Source: Chiloscyllium plagiosum
Taxonomy: Eukaryota
DNA: 62,000 nucleotides
Reading direction: 5' to 3'
NCBI RefSeq assembly: GCF_004010195.1
Contig: NC_057754.1
Location: 9,953,562 to 10,015,561, forward strand
Below, piece after piece: positions 24,235 to 37,939 of the stretch. How positions within the stretch are numbered: the stretch's first letter is position 1; the number at the start of each line of letters is the position of its first letter. The position numbers were made by a program, and so were the translations under genes. The notes beneath the pieces are model-generated. The model did not search any database and was not told the origin of the DNA. It was given only the letters and a program-made list of their open reading frames with translations.

Positions 24235-25350
24235 AAACAAAAAAGCAAAAGAACCGCAGATGCCGGAAAACAGAAACAAAAACATAAATTACTGGAATAA
24301 AGTAAACAGATTTGGCAATATCTGTGGAAAGAAATCAGAGTTAACATTCCGGGTCCAGTGACCCTTCTTCAGAACTGATGGTAGTTGGTTTTAATGCAGT
24401 CAATAGGGTGGTGAGAGGTAACAAGGTGTAAATGATAGGTGGAGATAGAGCCCAAAGAGAGAGAAGGAGAGTTGGACAGACAAAGGAATGGTTCACTGTC
24501 AGCCTGGGAGAATGGATAGCTGCTCAATGGGGACAATTCGTGGCTAATAGTGGGTTGTGGGTAATAGCAGACCATGTGATATCAAGGTCTGGTGTGTGGG
24601 GTTGGGGGAAGGACATGGGAGATGGTGCTTCAAGCCCTAAAACTGTTGAACTCAATATTGAGTCCAGAAGGCTTTAGAGTTCCCAAGCAGAAAATGAGGT
24701 GTTGTTCTTCCAGCTTGCACTGAGCTTCACTGGAGCAAGGCTGAGACAGAGATGTTGGCCAGGGAACAGGGTGAGGTGTTGAAGTGGCAGGCAACTGGAA
24801 GCTCAGGGTTTTTTTTTTGTGGGCAGAACATAGGTATTCTGCAAGGCGGGCACCCGGTCTACGTTTTATTTCCCCAGTGTAGAGGAGACCACATTGTGAG
24901 CAGCGAATTTAGTAAATGGTATTGGGAGAAGTACAGGTAAAGCACTGTTTCACCTGGAAGGCGTGTTTGAGGCCTTGGATATTGAGGAAGGAGGGAGGAA
25001 ATAAATGGACAGGTGTTACACCTTCTGTAGTTGCAGAGGAAGGTGCTGTGTGGCTCTCAGATGGAGTGTTGGGAGTGAAGGAGAAGTGGGCTGGAGGAAA
25101 TAATCCTTGAGGAAGGCTGACAAGGGATGGGAGGGGAATATGTATCTAGGGGCATCCCACTAGAGGTGACAGAAACAATGACCAATAATCCTCTGGATGT
25201 GGATGCTGGTGGGGTGGTAGGTGAGGACAAGGGGGAGAGGAGTTGTGGGCTGAATTGCAGGAGATAGGTCAGACCCAGCTGAGGGCCCTGTCAACTACAA
25301 CACTGGGGAATCCTTATTTAAGTATAATGGTGGACATTTTGGAGCCTCCC
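24235..25350 (-). mobile_element. PLE family B, 3' part (GIY-YIG remnant and terminal repeat)
   Basis: Reverse strand has YIGE-like TGGTCTCCTCTACACTGGGGAA and a terminal AGTT-CTGAAGAAGGGTCACTGGACCCGGAATGTT-AACT hammerhead-like motif (24339-24376). Confidence 0.75.
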
Positions 25351-26515
25351 GTTGTCAAAGTTAAAAATCACACAACACCAGGTTATAGTCCAACAGGTTT
25401 AATTTCAGAGCGCCGTTCCTTCATCAGGTGGTTGTGGAGTTCACAATTATAAGACACAGAATTTATAGCAAAAGTTTACAGTGTGATGTAACTGAAATTA
25501 TACATTGAAAAATACCTTGATTGTTTGTTAAGTCTCTCATCTGTTAGGATGACCATGATAGTTTCGCTTCTTTCATATGTAAATCACAAAACTCTTCTTA
25601 AAAGTTACATTCTCAGGTTAAATGTAACAATTGGTGTCAGCCCAGATAAGATGTTGAAGGTGTTAGCCCCCTGTGTTTTGTTGTCTGTGCCATAATGTTT
25701 AGACTGATTCTAATCTAAAAAATGAGTTAACAGAGTCTTACATGGATATATGCAGTTTTGAGCAAAGTACAATGTAATTCTGCAAGTACAAATTCACCCC
25801 ACAAATGTATATGTGTGCATGTGGGTTTTTTTTGTGTGTATGTCTGTAGTGGGGAGTTGTGAGTGTCTGTGAGAGAGCATGTATATGTGTGTGTGTGCAT
25901 GAGTGTAAAGGGGACTAAGTCTGTGAGAGGGTGCATATGTGAGTATGGGGAGTGTGTTGTCTGTAGGAGTGCGTATGTGTGTGTCTGGGGTGGGGGGTTG
26001 TGTGTTTGTGAGAGAGTGTATATGTGTGTGAGTGTGAAGTGATTTAAGTTTGTGAGAGGGTGCATGTTTGTGTGTGTATAGTGCAATGGGGGTCACCTAT
26101 GGTGTGACATGAACCAAAGGTCCCGGTTGAGGCCCTCCCTATGGTTACCGAACTTAGCTATCAGCCTCTGCTCGACCACTTTTTGTTGCTGCCTGTCCCG
26201 AAGTCCACCTTGGAGGATGGTCACCCTAAGGTCCGAGGTTGAATGTACTGGACCACTGAAGTGTTCCCCAACTGGGAGGGAACACTCCTGTCTGTTGATA
26301 GCTGTGCAGTGCCCATTCATCTGTTGCTGTAGCCTCTGCTCGGTTTCACCAATGTACCTTGCTTCAGGGCATCCTTGCCTACAGCATATGAGATAGACAT
26401 CGTTGGCTGAGTCGCATGGGTACCTGCCACGTATATGGTGGGAAGTGTCCCCATGTGTAATGGTGGTATCCATGTCCACAGTCTGACACATCTTGCAGCG
26501 CACGTTAGAGAACAG
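25351..26515 (-). mobile_element. PLE family C, GIY-YIG endonuclease C-terminus, (CA)-rich region and terminal repeat
   Basis: RCKMC...NDVYLICCRQGCPEARYIGETEQRL...VGEHF...EQRLIAKF in ORF 26093-26983; (GT)-rich tract 25810-26085; CTGATGA motif at 25421-25427 (-). Confidence 0.88.
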
Positions 26516-26889
26516 GAAGAAGGCCAGAGGGAGGGGTCCAGGTTGAGGGACAGTGTTGGAGCTGGGAGAAGGGATCTGTGGGATGAGGGGAGGACTGTTG
26601 TTTGAAGAAATGAGGTGAAGGAAAAAAAGTTCAACGTCATGTTGTGCCCGAAATTTGTTAAGGTGCGGTTGCAGAGGGATAACACAGACCTTTGCTGCAT
26701 ACAGAATGTTCAGCATCAGAGACCAGAAGGGCAGAAAGGATATACAATAAGTGGTGGGGTTGGGAGCTAGGTGGGAATCAGAGGGAAGGTTCCAGATTAT
26801 TCCAGTTCTGGGTATCCTTGTACATGAGATGCAGAAAACTAGTATGCAGGTTTCACAGGTAATAAGAGGGCAAATAGAATCTTGGTTAA

Positions 26890-27340
26890 CGATTTTGGAG
26901 AAGATTTGTAGCTCAGGTTGATGTAAAGTATGTAGGTTAGCTTGCTGAGCTTGAAGGTTTGTTTTCAGATGTTTCGTCACCATGACTAGGTAACACCATC
27001 AGTGAGAGTCTCCAGAGAAGCACTGGTGGTATGTCCTGCCTCTCTATTTATTGGGCTTGGTTTCTTAAGGATCCATTAGATACTACCAGCAAAACTAACG
27101 TCATTTACAAGATACCATGCAAGAACTGTAAAATAAAACACTACATTGGACAAACTAGCAGGAAACCTGCCACCAGGATACATGAACACCAAACGAGAAT
27201 TCCTAGACGCATGGCATTATAACCAGAATTCCATCAATAGACACATCGACTTAGATCCCATCTACCTTCCCTTGAAAAAATAACCAGAAATGACATCACC
27301 TACTTTAAGAAACTAAGCCCCATAAATAGAGAGGCGGGAC
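26890..27340. mobile_element. PLE family D remnants in inverted arrangement
   Basis: Minus-strand terminal repeat with hammerhead motif at 26968-27002, then plus-strand NVIYKIPCKNC..HYIGQTSR (GIY-YIG). Confidence 0.75.
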
Positions 27341-27509
27341 ACACGGCTGATGGTCTGATGTTCTAAATAGTGAAGCAATGTTTCATTTCTCCACTTTCTA
27401 TGTTCCTGTCTGATCTGTGTTTGCTATAATGGTATAGCAATTGAGCAGCTATTGGGACAATGATAAGATTAGTTAAATATTCATTTTAAATCTGGGTTGC
27501 ATCAAACAG

Positions 27510-27945
27510 AGAACAGAACAGCACAGGAACAGACCTTTCGGCTTACCATGTCCACGTCAACCATGACGCCATTCTAAATTAACCCCATTTGCCTGCACTA
27601 TGTCTGTATCCCTTTATTTCCTGCCTGCGTGTGTGTCTATATGCCTCTTAAACATTGCTATCATATCTACCTCCACCATCTCCTCCGGCAGCACGCTCCA
27701 GGCATTTACCATTCTCTGTGTAAAAAACCAGCCTCGCAAATCTCCTTCAAACATTACCCCTCTCATCTTAAACCGATACGTCTGGTTATTTAACCCTGGG
27801 AAAAAGGACTCCAACTATCCAGCCTAAACATCCTTCTCAGGTCATCATTTTTGCAGTTCTCCCCTCAGCTCTAACAAAATAATCCAAATTTGTTTAACCT
27901 TTCCCTGTTAGCCCCTACACTCTAATCCAGGCAATGCACTGGTCA
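27510..27945 (-). mobile_element. CR1 3' fragment
   Basis: ORF 27614-27814: FFTQRMVNAWSVLPEEMVE. Confidence 0.85.
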
Positions 27946-28076
27946 AAATAAAAACCGAAAGAACTGTGGATGCTGTAAGTCAGAGTGAAATTGCTGGAAA
28001 AGCTCAGCAGCTCTGACAGCACCTGCGCAGGGAAAGCAGAGTTAACGTTTCCGGTCTGGTGACACTTCCTCAGAAT
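27946..28076 (-). mobile_element. PLE family B terminal fragment
   Basis: Reverse strand CTGAGGA-A-GTGTC-ACCA-GACCG-GAAACGTT-AACTC (core 28044-28073). Confidence 0.75.
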
Positions 28077-28624
28077 GTACTGGTCAATCTTTTTGCTTCC
28101 ATGCTGTACGATTCTATGAAGCTATAACTCACCCTGTATTACCAGCGTAAACTGCACTGAACGCTGAGCTCACTGGTGATCTGATAGAAATGCACTGGAA
28201 AGTAACAGGGAACGAAGGGAACACTTATTTCAAATAATTTCACCCATCTGAAATCCCAACCAAATATTTACATTCTTGTTAAAAAGTGCTGTAATTTTAT
28301 AATTCCTGATGGCAAATAAATTTTCAGATTATTTCTGTTCGACCACTCTCTCCCCTGGTGGCAAACAGCAAGTTGCATTGACACCTGATAACCGTTTCAC
28401 ACATGCTACTCATTACAAAAGCTGCTTTTCGTGGATTATTTTCTTCAACTACCAGTAAAACGACAGCATTTGAACTTCCTTGTCATCAATGGATTTGATT
28501 TCCCGGCCATCGGAAGAATACACAGGAAGAATACTGCAGACATTGACACCTCTGTTGCAGCTCTGAGGGAGCACTGCATTATCAGAGGGAACATCTTTCA
28601 AATGCGAACTTCTACAAACGGGTC

Positions 28625-29103
28625 AAAAATAGAACATAGGCCAGTACAGCACATTGTGTTGTGCCGAATATGATGCCAAATTAAACTGATCCCTTCTGCT
28701 TGCTCTTGGTCCATATCCCTCCATTGCTTGTATATTTATGTGCTTATCCGAAAGTCCCTTAAACACCTCTATTGTATCCGCCTCCAACGCCATCCCTGGC
28801 AGTGTGTTCCAGATACAGGCCATTCAGCACACTGAGTCTGCACCAACTACCCGAAGAGCATCCCACCCAGATTTACCCTCTCCCCCATCCTACGCCCATA
28901 CCCCACATTTACTATGGCTGATCCTGCACATCTCTTTTTACTATGGGGCAATTTAACACAACCAACCACCTAACTGACACATCTTTCAACTGTTGGAGGA
29001 AACCCACACAGACACGGGGAGAATGTGCAATCTTCACACAGTCGCCCAAGGCTGGAAATGAATGCAGTGAGGCAGTGCTATTCACGGTGCCACCATGCCA
29101 CCC
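28625..29103 (-). mobile_element. CR1 3' tail (28625-28815) followed by a degenerate HE1-related SINE
   Basis: WNTLPGMALEADTI motif; SINE head GGGTGGCATGGTGGCACCGTG on the reverse strand. Confidence 0.7.
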
Positions 29104-29409
29104 TATGAGCTGCCATCCTCAGCTCAATGTAACTAACCCACATGGTCTTTCCATGCATGTAGTATAAGAAGTTCTTACTTATTCCTAATTTCCTTCCTGA
29201 ACGTAATGACCGGATGCCAGTAGAATCCCTGTTTTATGATCTTGGGCTGTCCATATTACAGAAAGATATATTTACAACAGAGATATTGTAAAAGAGTGAT
29301 ATCTGCAATAAGGAGACTGTTCTTTGAATGAGATTGAGGAGACTCTGTATTCTCTGTTCCTGAAAAGAATGAGGTAATTTCAGAAAAAAAACTTGAATAT
29401 TCTTTTATG

Positions 29410-29940
29410 GAATGAGTTGCCAGAGGAAATGGTGGAAACTGGCACAATTACAATCATTTAAAATGCATCCGGACGGGTATATGAATGGGAAGGGTTGAGG
29501 GTGATGTGGGCCAAGGGCTGGCAATTGGGACGAGTTTAGGTTGGGATACCTGGTTGGCATTGATGAATTGGACCGAAGGGTCTGTTTGTGTGCTGTACAT
29601 CGCTACGGTTCTAGGTCACCACAGGCGGCTGCAGAATGGACATTTCCTCTGTGGGCTCCAGAATCGGGGACACAGTCTCAGATTAAAAAGTAATCCAGTT
29701 GTGACAGAGATGAAGAGGTACCTATTTGGTCAGAGATTGGTGAACCATGGGAATTCACAACTGCAGAGATCTGTGGAAGCTCAGTCATTAATCAAGTTCG
29801 AGAGAGAGATTGACAGATTTCTAGTTACAATATAGCAAGGGATAGGGGTCAGCACTTGATTATGCCATTGAGAGAGACAATCAGCCATGATCTAAAATGG
29901 AGGAGCAGGCTGGACGGGCTGAGTGGCCTACTGTTGTGCT
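29410..29940 (+). mobile_element. Two short CR1 3' fragments
   Basis: GGAATGAGTTGCCAGAGGAA...GGACCGAAGGGTCTGTTT and ...GGGCTGAGTGGCCTACT 3' UTR signatures. Confidence 0.7.
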
Positions 29941-30596
29941 CCAACACAGCTTGTGTTCAGTGAGATTTAATCAACCCCCAAATGAGTCTGTACATATGCA
30001 ACTCATATACTAACAGTTTGTGTATCAGTTCAGTGAGACATCATCACCAAGTGACTCTGTATAAATAAATGCTTTTTCCTGCACTCACAACTTGACCTGA
30101 ACCAACACCTACCATTATACTCATTAGGAGTCTGGGTGTAGAAGAGACTTCAACTAGCCACCCATAACATCAGAGACAATAAGAAACCTGTCCAAAGGCA
30201 GTTCAGAAACTCAACATCATCATGGTGAGTTTGGCCCTTGAGGGAGGGAAATAGAGAAAAGCAGCAAGAACGGCAGATCGGATTGTCTCAATTCTCAAGA
30301 CAAAGAAACTCCATGAGCTCCTCGCACTTGTTTTTGGAGGTACGTGGGAGATAGAGAGCATTACAGCCCTTCAAAAGTACTGATGTAGAAATTAAAACTC
30401 AACTGTGTGTGTGTGTGAGAGAGACAGACACACACACAAAGGACATTTAGTTGATTTACAGAGTATTAACATCCATTACTGGGTTGTTTACTAAAATCAG
30501 CAGAAACAGATGTCATTGAACATGATTCAGGCTTGGATGTAATTAACAGCAAAATCCAATCATGGAGAGACAGCTCTTTATTCAGAGAGATTGTAT

Positions 30597-31214
30597 TTAC
30601 TGGTGAACGCGTTGGTGTGTCAGCAGGTTGGATGCTTGACTGAATCCTTTCCCGCACACAGTGCAGATGAATGGCCTCTCCCCAGTGTGAACTCGCTGGT
30701 GTCTCAACAGGATGTATGATCGAGTAAAATCCTTCCCGCACTCAGAGCAGGCGAACGGCCTCTCCCCAGTGTGAACTCGCTGATGCCTCAGCAGGTGGGA
30801 TGACTCCGTGAAACCCTTCCCGCATTCAGTGCAGGTGAAAGGTCTCTCCCCAGTATGAACTCGCTGGTGTCTCCGCAGCCGAGATGACTCGGTGAACTCC
30901 TTCCCACATTCAGTACAGATGAACGGTTTCTCCCCAGTGTGAACTCGCTGGTGTGTCAGCAGGGTATATGACCGAGTGAATCCCTGCCCACACCTGGGGC
31001 AGGTGAATGGCCTTTCTCCCGTATGGCTGCGCCAATGAGTTTCTAGGTCAGACGGGTAATTGAATCCCTTCCCACAGTTTTCACATTTCCAAGGTTTCTC
31101 TCTGTTGTGACTGCATCTATGTCTCACCAGGCCAGATGATTGGCTGAAGCCTCGCCCACACACAGAACAGGTGTACAGATTCTCTTGACTGTGAACAGTG
31201 CTTTTTCCTTCCAT
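30597..31214 (-). CDS. C2H2 zinc-finger protein, 7 tandem fingers, 205 aa, no effector domain
   Basis: Seven C-x2-C-x12-H-x3-H units with TGE(K/R)PF linkers; ATG in ACCATGG Kozak context preceded by an in-frame stop; splice acceptor TTCATTTTCCAG (exon starts 31318); minus-strand AATAAA at 30577-30582. Confidence 0.9.
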   Translation of the reverse strand: MEGKSTVHSQENLYTCSVCGRGFSQSSGLVRHRCSHNREKPWKCENCGKGFNYPSDLETHWRSHTGERPFTCPRCGQGFTRSYTLLTHQRVHTGEKPFICTECGKEFTESSRLRRHQRVHTGERPFTCTECGKGFTESSHLLRHQRVHTGERPFACSECGKDFTRSYILLRHQRVHTGERPFICTVCGKGFSQASNLLTHQRVHQ

Positions 31215-31439
31215 GGTCTAAGACATATTCAACTCCTGATGAACATAGCGTCTCTGGCAGGTCTTGATCTGATGTTTGATTTGAGCTTCCTTTCTGTAAA
31301 TCCTCCCTTTCCAATTCCCTGGAAAATGAATTTGAAACAAGAAAGCAGCCAATTGACATAAAAACCCAACTGCATTTGTAACGTCCTTAAATAAGGGAAC
31401 CTGCCACCTAGTCAGGACCATTCAAGACTCTGGTCTCTC

Positions 31440-32420
31440 GGAGGAGTGTTCTGGGAAGGAGCAGGAAAAGGATATGGACTGGCATTGGCAAATAAGATTA
31501 AGAAAAATCCCACGGTGTTTTATAGAGGTTTAAGGAGCAAGACGATAGCTCGGGAAAGAGCAGGTCCACTCAAGGGAAAAACAAAAAGAGGGAATTTATG
31601 TACGAAGCCAGAGGAAGTGGGTGAGATCCTTAACGAGTACTTTGCATTGGTATATTCACAAAGGAGAAGAATATACTGGATGGAGGGGGATTGGGGGGAA
31701 GTCTTGGAAGGGGTATGTTCATAATCTAAGGCATGTCAATATGAAAAAAGGAAGTGGCATTGGATGTTTTGGAAAGCAAGTCCCCACGACCTGATGAGAC
31801 CTATCCCAGTATGTTGAGGGAAGTAGATGAGGAAATTGCTGAGACCTTGTACGAAGTCTTTGCATCCTCTTTAGTCACAGGAGAGGTCCCAAGGGACTGG
31901 AGAATAATCAATGCTGTTCCTTTGATTATTCAGGGCATTATAGTCAATCCAGGAATTTACAGGCTGGTGAGCCTTATGTCAGTGATATGGAAATTATTGG
32001 AAAAGACTCTAAGGGAGAAGATTTTCTCACATATTGGAAAATATAGATTTATTAGAGATCGGCAGCGCAGCTTTATGTGGGGAAGGATGTGTGTCATTGA
32101 GATTTTTCAGGAAGTGACAAAGATGAAAACTGAGTGAAGGGTGGTATATGGATTTTAGACAGGCCTTTGACAATGTCCTTCATGGCAGGCTGACACAAAA
32201 GATGATCCATGGTGAGCAGACAACATGGAGACAAAACTGGGTTAGTCATAGGAGACAGAGTAGCAAAGGAAGAGTATTTTTCTGACTGGAGATCTGTGGC
32301 CAGCGATGTTCTGCAGGCATCAGTGCTGCAACCCCTGTTGTTTGTAATATATAAATGACTTGGAGGAGAATTTAGGAGGCCTGATTCATAAGACTGCGAA
32401 TGACACAAAGCCTGTGGGGG
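31440..32420 (+). mobile_element. Decayed CR1 ORF2 fragment
   Basis: KSPRPDETYPSMLRE...NPGIYRLVSLMS in ORF 31754-32137. Confidence 0.8.
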
Positions 32421-32429
32421 AACTGCAGA

Positions 32430-32830
32430 TTGTGTTTGACTCACTGCCAGATCTCTTCCAGGTATGCTCACCTTAAAGAAGTTCTGCTCCTCCCTCCAGC
32501 TGCATTTCTGTTCCAAACTTTTTCTTGTTCACGTTCATGCTTGAATTGTCCCCATTAGCAGCTACTGATTCCTCCAGACTGATCTTTATACAGTCCTTTG
32601 TCTGTCCAACTATGTTTTTCTCTTTCTCTCTCTCTCTCTCTAGGCTCTATCTCCACGTATTGTTTACTCGCCCCACCCCCCACCTCATCTTCCGCATAAA
32701 TACCGACCTTTTCCTGGATACCATCAATTGTGAAGAAGGGTCGTCAGACCCACAATGTTAAGTCTGATTTCTTTTCACAGATGCTGCCAGACTTGCTGAG
32801 TTTTTCCCAGTAAGTCCTGTTTTTGTTGCA
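32430..32830 (+). mobile_element. PLE family B 3' end, decayed
   Basis: GTGAAGAAGGGTCGTCAGACCCACAATGTTAAG...TCACAGATGCTGCCAGACTTGCTGAG matches the reverse complement of 24290-24376. Confidence 0.7.
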
Positions 32831-33004
32831 CGTGATTATATCGAGAATTTTAAAAGGACGTTGTTAAATATTTGAGAATGAGGAACTTTCAGACCTTGAA
32901 ACAGCAAGTCAGTGTGTAAGACTATACAGAGTTGCTCTTTCAATGAGACAGCAGAAACACAAAGGGTTGAATGGCTTCCTTCTACCCTATAAAATAGGGC
33001 TGAG

Positions 33005-34185
33005 TTAGCACGGCTTTGTCAAGGCAGGTCATGCCAGATAAATGTGTTGGGATTGCTCGAGGAGGGAACAAAGAAGTTAGGCAAAGGAGACAGTGGATGT
33101 GATCTATTTGGATTTCAAGAAGGCCTTTGACAAGCTGCTGCACAGAAGGCAGCTATATCAGATAGCAGTCTATGGTATTTGGGGCACTGTACTGTAATGG
33201 AGAAAGGATTGGCTGTCTGGCAGAGAATGGGGAAAATGTGTCCTTTTCAGGATGGCAGCTGGTGACTGCTGGAGTTCTGCAGGAGTCAGTGTTGAGACCA
33301 TAACTGTTCACGTTTTACGTTAATGATCTGGACAAAGGACTTGAGGGCATTGTTGCTAAGTTTGCAGATGACACAAAGATGGCTGGAGGGACAGGTAGTA
33401 TTGAGGACGCCGGGAGGCTGCAGAAGGAATGGACAGAAAAAATAATAGTGGCAGATGGGATACAATGTGAGAAAGTGTGAGGATATTCAGTTTGATGTGA
33501 AGATTATAAGCATAGACTATTTCCAATTAGGAAAAGACTTGAAATCTGAATCACAACGGGACTGAAGAGTTCAGGATCCTCTTAAGGTTACTTACAGGTT
33601 CAGTTGGCAGGAAGGCAAATGCAGTGTAAGAATTCATTTTTAGAGGGTTAGTATACAAGAGCAGAGATTTACCGCTGAGGTTGTATAGAGCTCTGGTCAG
33701 ACAGCATTTGGAGTATCATGAGCTACTTTGGGTCCTGTATCTAAGGAAGGATGTTCTTGCATTGGAGGGGGTCCAGAGAATGTTGACAAAAATGATCCTG
33801 GGGATCAAGGGCTTGTCAGATGAGGTGCAGTTGAGGACTCTGTGTCTGAACCCAATATAGGTGGATCTCATTGAAACATACAGAGAGAGTGGAAGTAGAG
33901 GAGATGTTTCCACTAGCAGGAGAGACTAGGACCTGAAAGCACAGCCTCAGAGTGAAGGGACAACCCTTTAGAACTGAGATGCGGAAGAATTTCTTCAGCC
34001 AGAGAGTGATGAATCTGTGGAAGGCTGTGAAGGGCAAATCATTGTGTGTATTAAACTTATAGATAGGTCCTTGATTAGTAAGGGGATCAAGGGAGATGGC
34101 AGGAGAATGGGATTGAGAAACATTCAAGCTATAATTGAATGGCATAGAGACATGATGGGCCAAATGGCCTACATCTTATGGTCTT
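33005..34185 (+). mobile_element. CR1 LINE 3' half, decayed
   Basis: GATTTCAAGAAGGCCTTTGACAAG and AAGTTTGCAGATGACACAAAG (KFADDTK); 3' UTR GGGCCAAATGGCCT. Confidence 0.85.
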
Positions 34186-34859
34186 GCAATACACATTTTA
34201 GAGTCTACCAGTGGCCATTTAATTCCTCAAGGCAGTTCAAATGTGCAATGAGATTAGGGCTGATTTGTGACCAAACCCTCTAACAACTACCCTTGCTCCA
34301 TATCTCTGAATAGGTTTGGTTCACAAAGATCTATCAACGTCAGGTTGATCAAGCGTGGACTGAGGGAAATCGGCTCAAAACTTGACCAACTTTATCTGGA
34401 GAATGTTCCCTTATTACACTTTTGAAAGATGCAGCTCAAACCCTTGGATTCCCCACACAGTGGAAATAGTTCCTCTTTATCTTCCTAAGCTGAACATTTT
34501 CACCAAACTATTCCACCACTGTCTAAGTTCCAGGGAATCCAACGTTTCTGATGAGACGATGCTTTTGGCAGAAGGTCAGGGAACGTATGACATAGAAACT
34601 GAAGTAGACCATTCAGCCTCTGGAGCCTGCTCAGTCATTCAAAAAGGCTATTGCTGATCTGCTTGTGTTTTGAATTTCACATTTCCATCTCCTCCAGAAA
34701 ATGCTTCATTCCCTTGCACAACACAAATCTATTCCTCTCAGTCTTCAAAACAATCAATGGCCCTGCCTCCAATGTCCCTTCTGAGACAGAGAGTTCCATC
34801 TTAACATTTAACGTGGGAATGTCTAGTGATGAATGCATTATTTGCAACTCCTCAGATAC

Positions 34860-35650
34860 TGAAGTTGTCCATACCCAATTGCAGCAAGACCAGGACAATT
34901 TGCAGGTTTTGCTGACAATTAGCAAGTAACATTTCTGCTGCACATGTGATAGGCAGTGGCAATGTCCAACACAGCAGAATTGAATCATCATATTCCAATG
35001 CATTACCTTTGTTGAATCCTCCACTATCATCATCATGGGGGTTACCACTGACCAGAAACTGAACTGGATTATTACCACATAAATATCTTGTCAATGGTTG
35101 GATTGCAGAAGCCAGGAATCGTGCAGCGATCAATTAACCTCCTAACTCCCCAAAGCCTGTCCACCATCTACAAGACACAAGTCAGAAGTGTGATGGAATA
35201 CGCTCCACTTGCCTGGATGAGTGCAACTCCAACAATAAGAAGCTCGACACCACCTAGGACAAAGCGGCCTGCTAGGATGACACTCTGTCTCCCACCATCA
35301 ATATTCACATCTTTCACCATCAATGTGCAGTGGCAGCTGTTTGTACCAGCTAAACGATATACTGTAGAAATTCACCAAGGTTCTTTAGGCAGCATACAAG
35401 GACAAATGCAGCAGATACATGTGAACACCAGCACTTGCCAATGACACCCCAAGCCACTCACCATCTATATCAGTATATACATTCCTTTACTGTCACTGGG
35501 TCAAAATCCGAAGGGCATTGTGGGTTTGCCTGCCTCAAATGGATGCCAACAGTTTCAGAAGGCAGTTCACCACCAGCTAAGGCAATTAGGGTTGGACAAT
35601 AAATGTTGGTCCAGCCAGTGACAGCCACATCCTCTGAATAAGCAAAATAA
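34860..35650 (+). mobile_element. Old non-LTR retrotransposon 3' fragment (same family as ~5015-5465)
   Basis: LLTPQSLSTIYKTQVRSVMEYAPLAW in ORF 35088-35444, a LINE post-RT motif; A-rich end near 35640. Confidence 0.75.
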
Positions 35651-36613
35651 AACAAAAAGCCTCAGCTTACACACACGTGGGACTCTACTCATCACCTTGT
35701 GCCAAAGACACAAAGACCCATTTATGTCCACTCTCTGTTTTCTGCCAGAGCCCAGTGATCTTCTATTCACACTAATACGTTAATGCCTATACTATGAGTT
35801 TGTATTTTCTCCAAAAGCCTTTGTGGTGGCAAGTTATCAAATGCCTTCCGGAAATCCAATTCAGTGCATCTACCAGCTTCCCTTTATCCACAGCTCATGT
35901 TACTCCTTCAAAGAAGTTTTTGGGAGAGGCAACACATATTTAATGATACAAGTGGAAAGAATATGCAGAGACAGAGCAATTTGAACTTTCTGAGATGACA
36001 GGACATATTGCAAGCAGTTAGCAAAACATATTGGAGTTTGGGCTCCACTAAAATTGAGGTAAAAGCAGGGGAACTATGATTAGTGGTAAGTCCGAAAAAA
36101 TTGGACGGATTCTTGGGGCAATCAAACTGATTAGAAAAAAGAGAAACTAGAGCACGCAAGGAAGGAGAGACATTAGTGTACTAGTGTTGTCATTAGATGA
36201 CTGAGTCAGAGGTGCAGTCTTATGGGCTCAAATCACAAAAGGTTGAATGGATTTTAAATTAAATTCTGTATAAGCAAACAAAGTGGGTAGTGAAAGCTCA
36301 TTTACATTTCTGCGCCTCTACTACTTTCAGACATGGAAAGCTGGTTGACACGTGATTCCACACCCTGCACTTTTAGGTACCTTAGCAAATTGCTCTCTTT
36401 TGAAAAATTTAGCCTGCCAATTCAGCAAGCAATGGTGTGTTGCGGGACAATGGAATATAAAAGTGGGGGCATAAGCCTGCACTTGTACAGGGTATTGGTG
36501 AGACTGGGATACCATGTATAATATCAGTCTCCTGGTGTATAATGGCATTAGTAGTTCATAGAATGGATACAAAACTGATTCCTGGGAAGAGGGGATTAGT
36601 TAATGAGGAAATT

Positions 36614-36939
36614 GGGGGCAGCACGGTAGCTCAGTGGTTGGCACAGCTACCTCACAGCACCAGGGATTCCAGCCTCGGGCAACTGTCTGTGTGGAGTTTG
36701 CACATTCTCCCCATGTCTGTGTGGGTTTCCTCCAGGTGCTCTGGTTTCCTCCCACAATCCAAAACTATGCTGGTCAGGTGAATTGGCCATGCTAAATTGC
36801 CAATAGTGTTAGGTGTATTAGTTGGAGTAAATTTAGGGTATGGAAATGGGTCTGGGTGGGTTACTCTTCGGAGGGTCGGTTTGGACTTGCTGGGCTGAAG
36901 GGCCTATTTCCACACTGTAGATAATCTAATCTAATCTAA
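36614..36939 (+). mobile_element. HE1-type SINE with (CTAAT)n tail, within a decayed CR1 (~36400-37300)
   Basis: GGGGGCAGCACGGTAGCTCAGTGG...ATAATCTAATCTAATCTAA. Confidence 0.9.
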
Positions 36940-37939
36940 GTTTGCACAGGCTAAACCTGCATTTTGTGGGGTAGAAGGTGAAAGGCTGCTTCACCTTGTG
37001 GAAGTGCTAGAACTAGGGAAATAAGTTTAAACAGGAGGGTAATTATAAAAGCCTTTTAAGAAAATTGGGACATTTTATTCCCATGAGTCTTTGGAATTAT
37101 TCATCACCCCCCTACCCAAAGAACGGTGGACACAGAATCATTGAACATGTTTAAGACAGAGGTAGCAAGATTCCTGATTAACAAGGAAATCAAATTATAT
37201 CAGAGGTAGCCTTGAAAATGGAGTGAGACCAGTATCAGATAAGCCCAAACTTACTGAAAGGCAAAATAGGTGCATTAGGTCAAGTGGCCTACTCAGGACC
37301 TTGAATCAGAGAGAATTACCAGAATGTTACCAGGAAATTTTGGCACAAAGTTACCTTGAAGAGGCTAAGTTTGTTGCCTGCGAGCAAAGAGGTTGAAGGG
37401 ACATTTGGAAAGATTTAGATGAGGTAGGGCAAGAAAAAGGTGATGGTCTGAAGATTGAGGAGAAAGATTTAAGGTTTGGACAAGAGAAGCAGCGGGAGAG
37501 AGCTCATTTTAAAATAATGAATGGCAATACTCAGTCCACTCTGGCTGCCTGAGTGGGAACAAGGGGATCAATACTTTAAAAGAAAGGAAATTGGAAAGGC
37601 ATTTGAGGGAAATAAATCTGTAATGCTTTGGGGAGAGTTGGGAAATGAGACTAACAGCATTGCTCTCCAGAGGGTTGGTATGGATGAAAGAGGTCAATGG
37701 CCTGTATCAGTGCCACATTGAGTTCAAGCGCAATGTGTGCAGCCTCTGCTCACCATGTAAACCCTACATCCAGGTGTCAGTGGCACTGCTGTCGGAGGAA
37801 GGCCCACACAGGCTCTCCTTCAGGAGTGGTGCCGAGACCTGGGCACATCCTCCAGGGCAGCTCTGGGCAGGATTTCAAATAACTTGGGGATTTTCAAGTG
37901 ACACTGATCTCGGAAATCTTTTCCCACAGACGACCCTTC

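Noticed and set aside
25727..26096. His/Thr-rich ORFs
   Set aside because: Translations of a (CA)-rich tract belonging to PLE family C.
26093..26983. 296-aa ORF as a novel GIY-YIG nuclease gene
   Set aside because: Chance read-through across several adjacent repeat fragments; only the C-terminal ~135 aa is PLE endonuclease.
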